Source of the DNA: a virus
Lineage: Duplodnaviria > Heunggongvirae > Uroviricota > Caudoviricetes
Virus record (IMG/VR): IMGVR_UViG_2563366958_000013
Length of the DNA stretch: 17,310 nucleotides
Strand: one strand, 5' to 3'
A model generated the notes under the pieces. That model made no database searches and was not told where the DNA came from. It saw only the letters and a program-made list of their open reading frames with translations. The position numbers and the translations under genes are program-made. Position 1 is the first letter of the stretch; every line of letters starts with the position of its first letter. This document shows, piece by piece, positions 17,017-17,310 of the stretch.

Positions 17017-17310
17017 ATGGATATAACACCTTTTCTTCATGCGCTTTGTGCTGTGGCTGCGCAGGTAATGATTGGTCTTTTTGCCGGAAACTGGGTTTAC
17101 GGGGCGATAGCCGGTTGTACGTTCTTCATTGCGCGTGAACACACCCAGGCAGAATATCGCTGGATTGAAATGTTCGGGCATGGCAAGTGGATTAACATGC
17201 CGTGGTGGGGCGGTTTTGATCCGCGTGTTTGGGATGTGGCAAGCCTGATAGATTTTGCTGTGCCGGTGGTGGCGTGTCTGCTGGTCTGGCTGTTGGTTAA
17301 TCGTGGGTGA
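17017..17310 (+). CDS. small hydrophobic (predicted inner-membrane) protein, unknown function
   Basis: 97-aa ORF with strong RBS AAGGAGG 8 nt upstream; two long hydrophobic stretches (FLHALCAVAAQVMIGLFAGNWVYGAIAGCTFFIA and LIDFAVPVVACLLVWLLV) with a Trp-rich loop; stop TGA is the last codon of the window. Confidence 0.5.
   Translation: MDITPFLHALCAVAAQVMIGLFAGNWVYGAIAGCTFFIAREHTQAEYRWIEMFGHGKWINMPWWGGFDPRVWDVASLIDFAVPVVACLLVWLLVNRG

Overview
This 17.3-kb window is the late head-completion and tail morphogenesis operon of a lambda-like siphovirus prophage, all on the + strand and collinear with phage lambda. It runs from the 3' end of major capsid gene E through FI, FII, Z, U, V, G and the G-T frameshift product, tape measure H, and tip genes M, L, K, I, J. 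Downstream come the lom outer-membrane moron, bracketed by two rho-independent terminators, and a side tail fiber gene (stf). The GC-rich lambda-like part ends inside stf; the stf C-terminus and everything after it are AT-richer and not lambda-like. That accessory end holds a small acidic ORF split by a complete IS1 element with a perfect 9-bp target duplication, a 234-codon ORF with a tail-fiber-type intramolecular chaperone (peptidase S74-like) motif set, and a 97-codon membrane protein. I see no CRISPR array, RNA gene or clear defence system. The most plausible novelty is the host-range cassette at the 3' end: a divergent J C-terminus, a chimeric stf, no canonical tfa, and the S74-motif ORF. 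Protein identities rest on my recollection of lambda protein sequences, not on a database search; coordinates for CDSs follow the supplied ORF track, with starts adjusted where the lambda N-terminus and a ribosome-binding site indicate an internal start.
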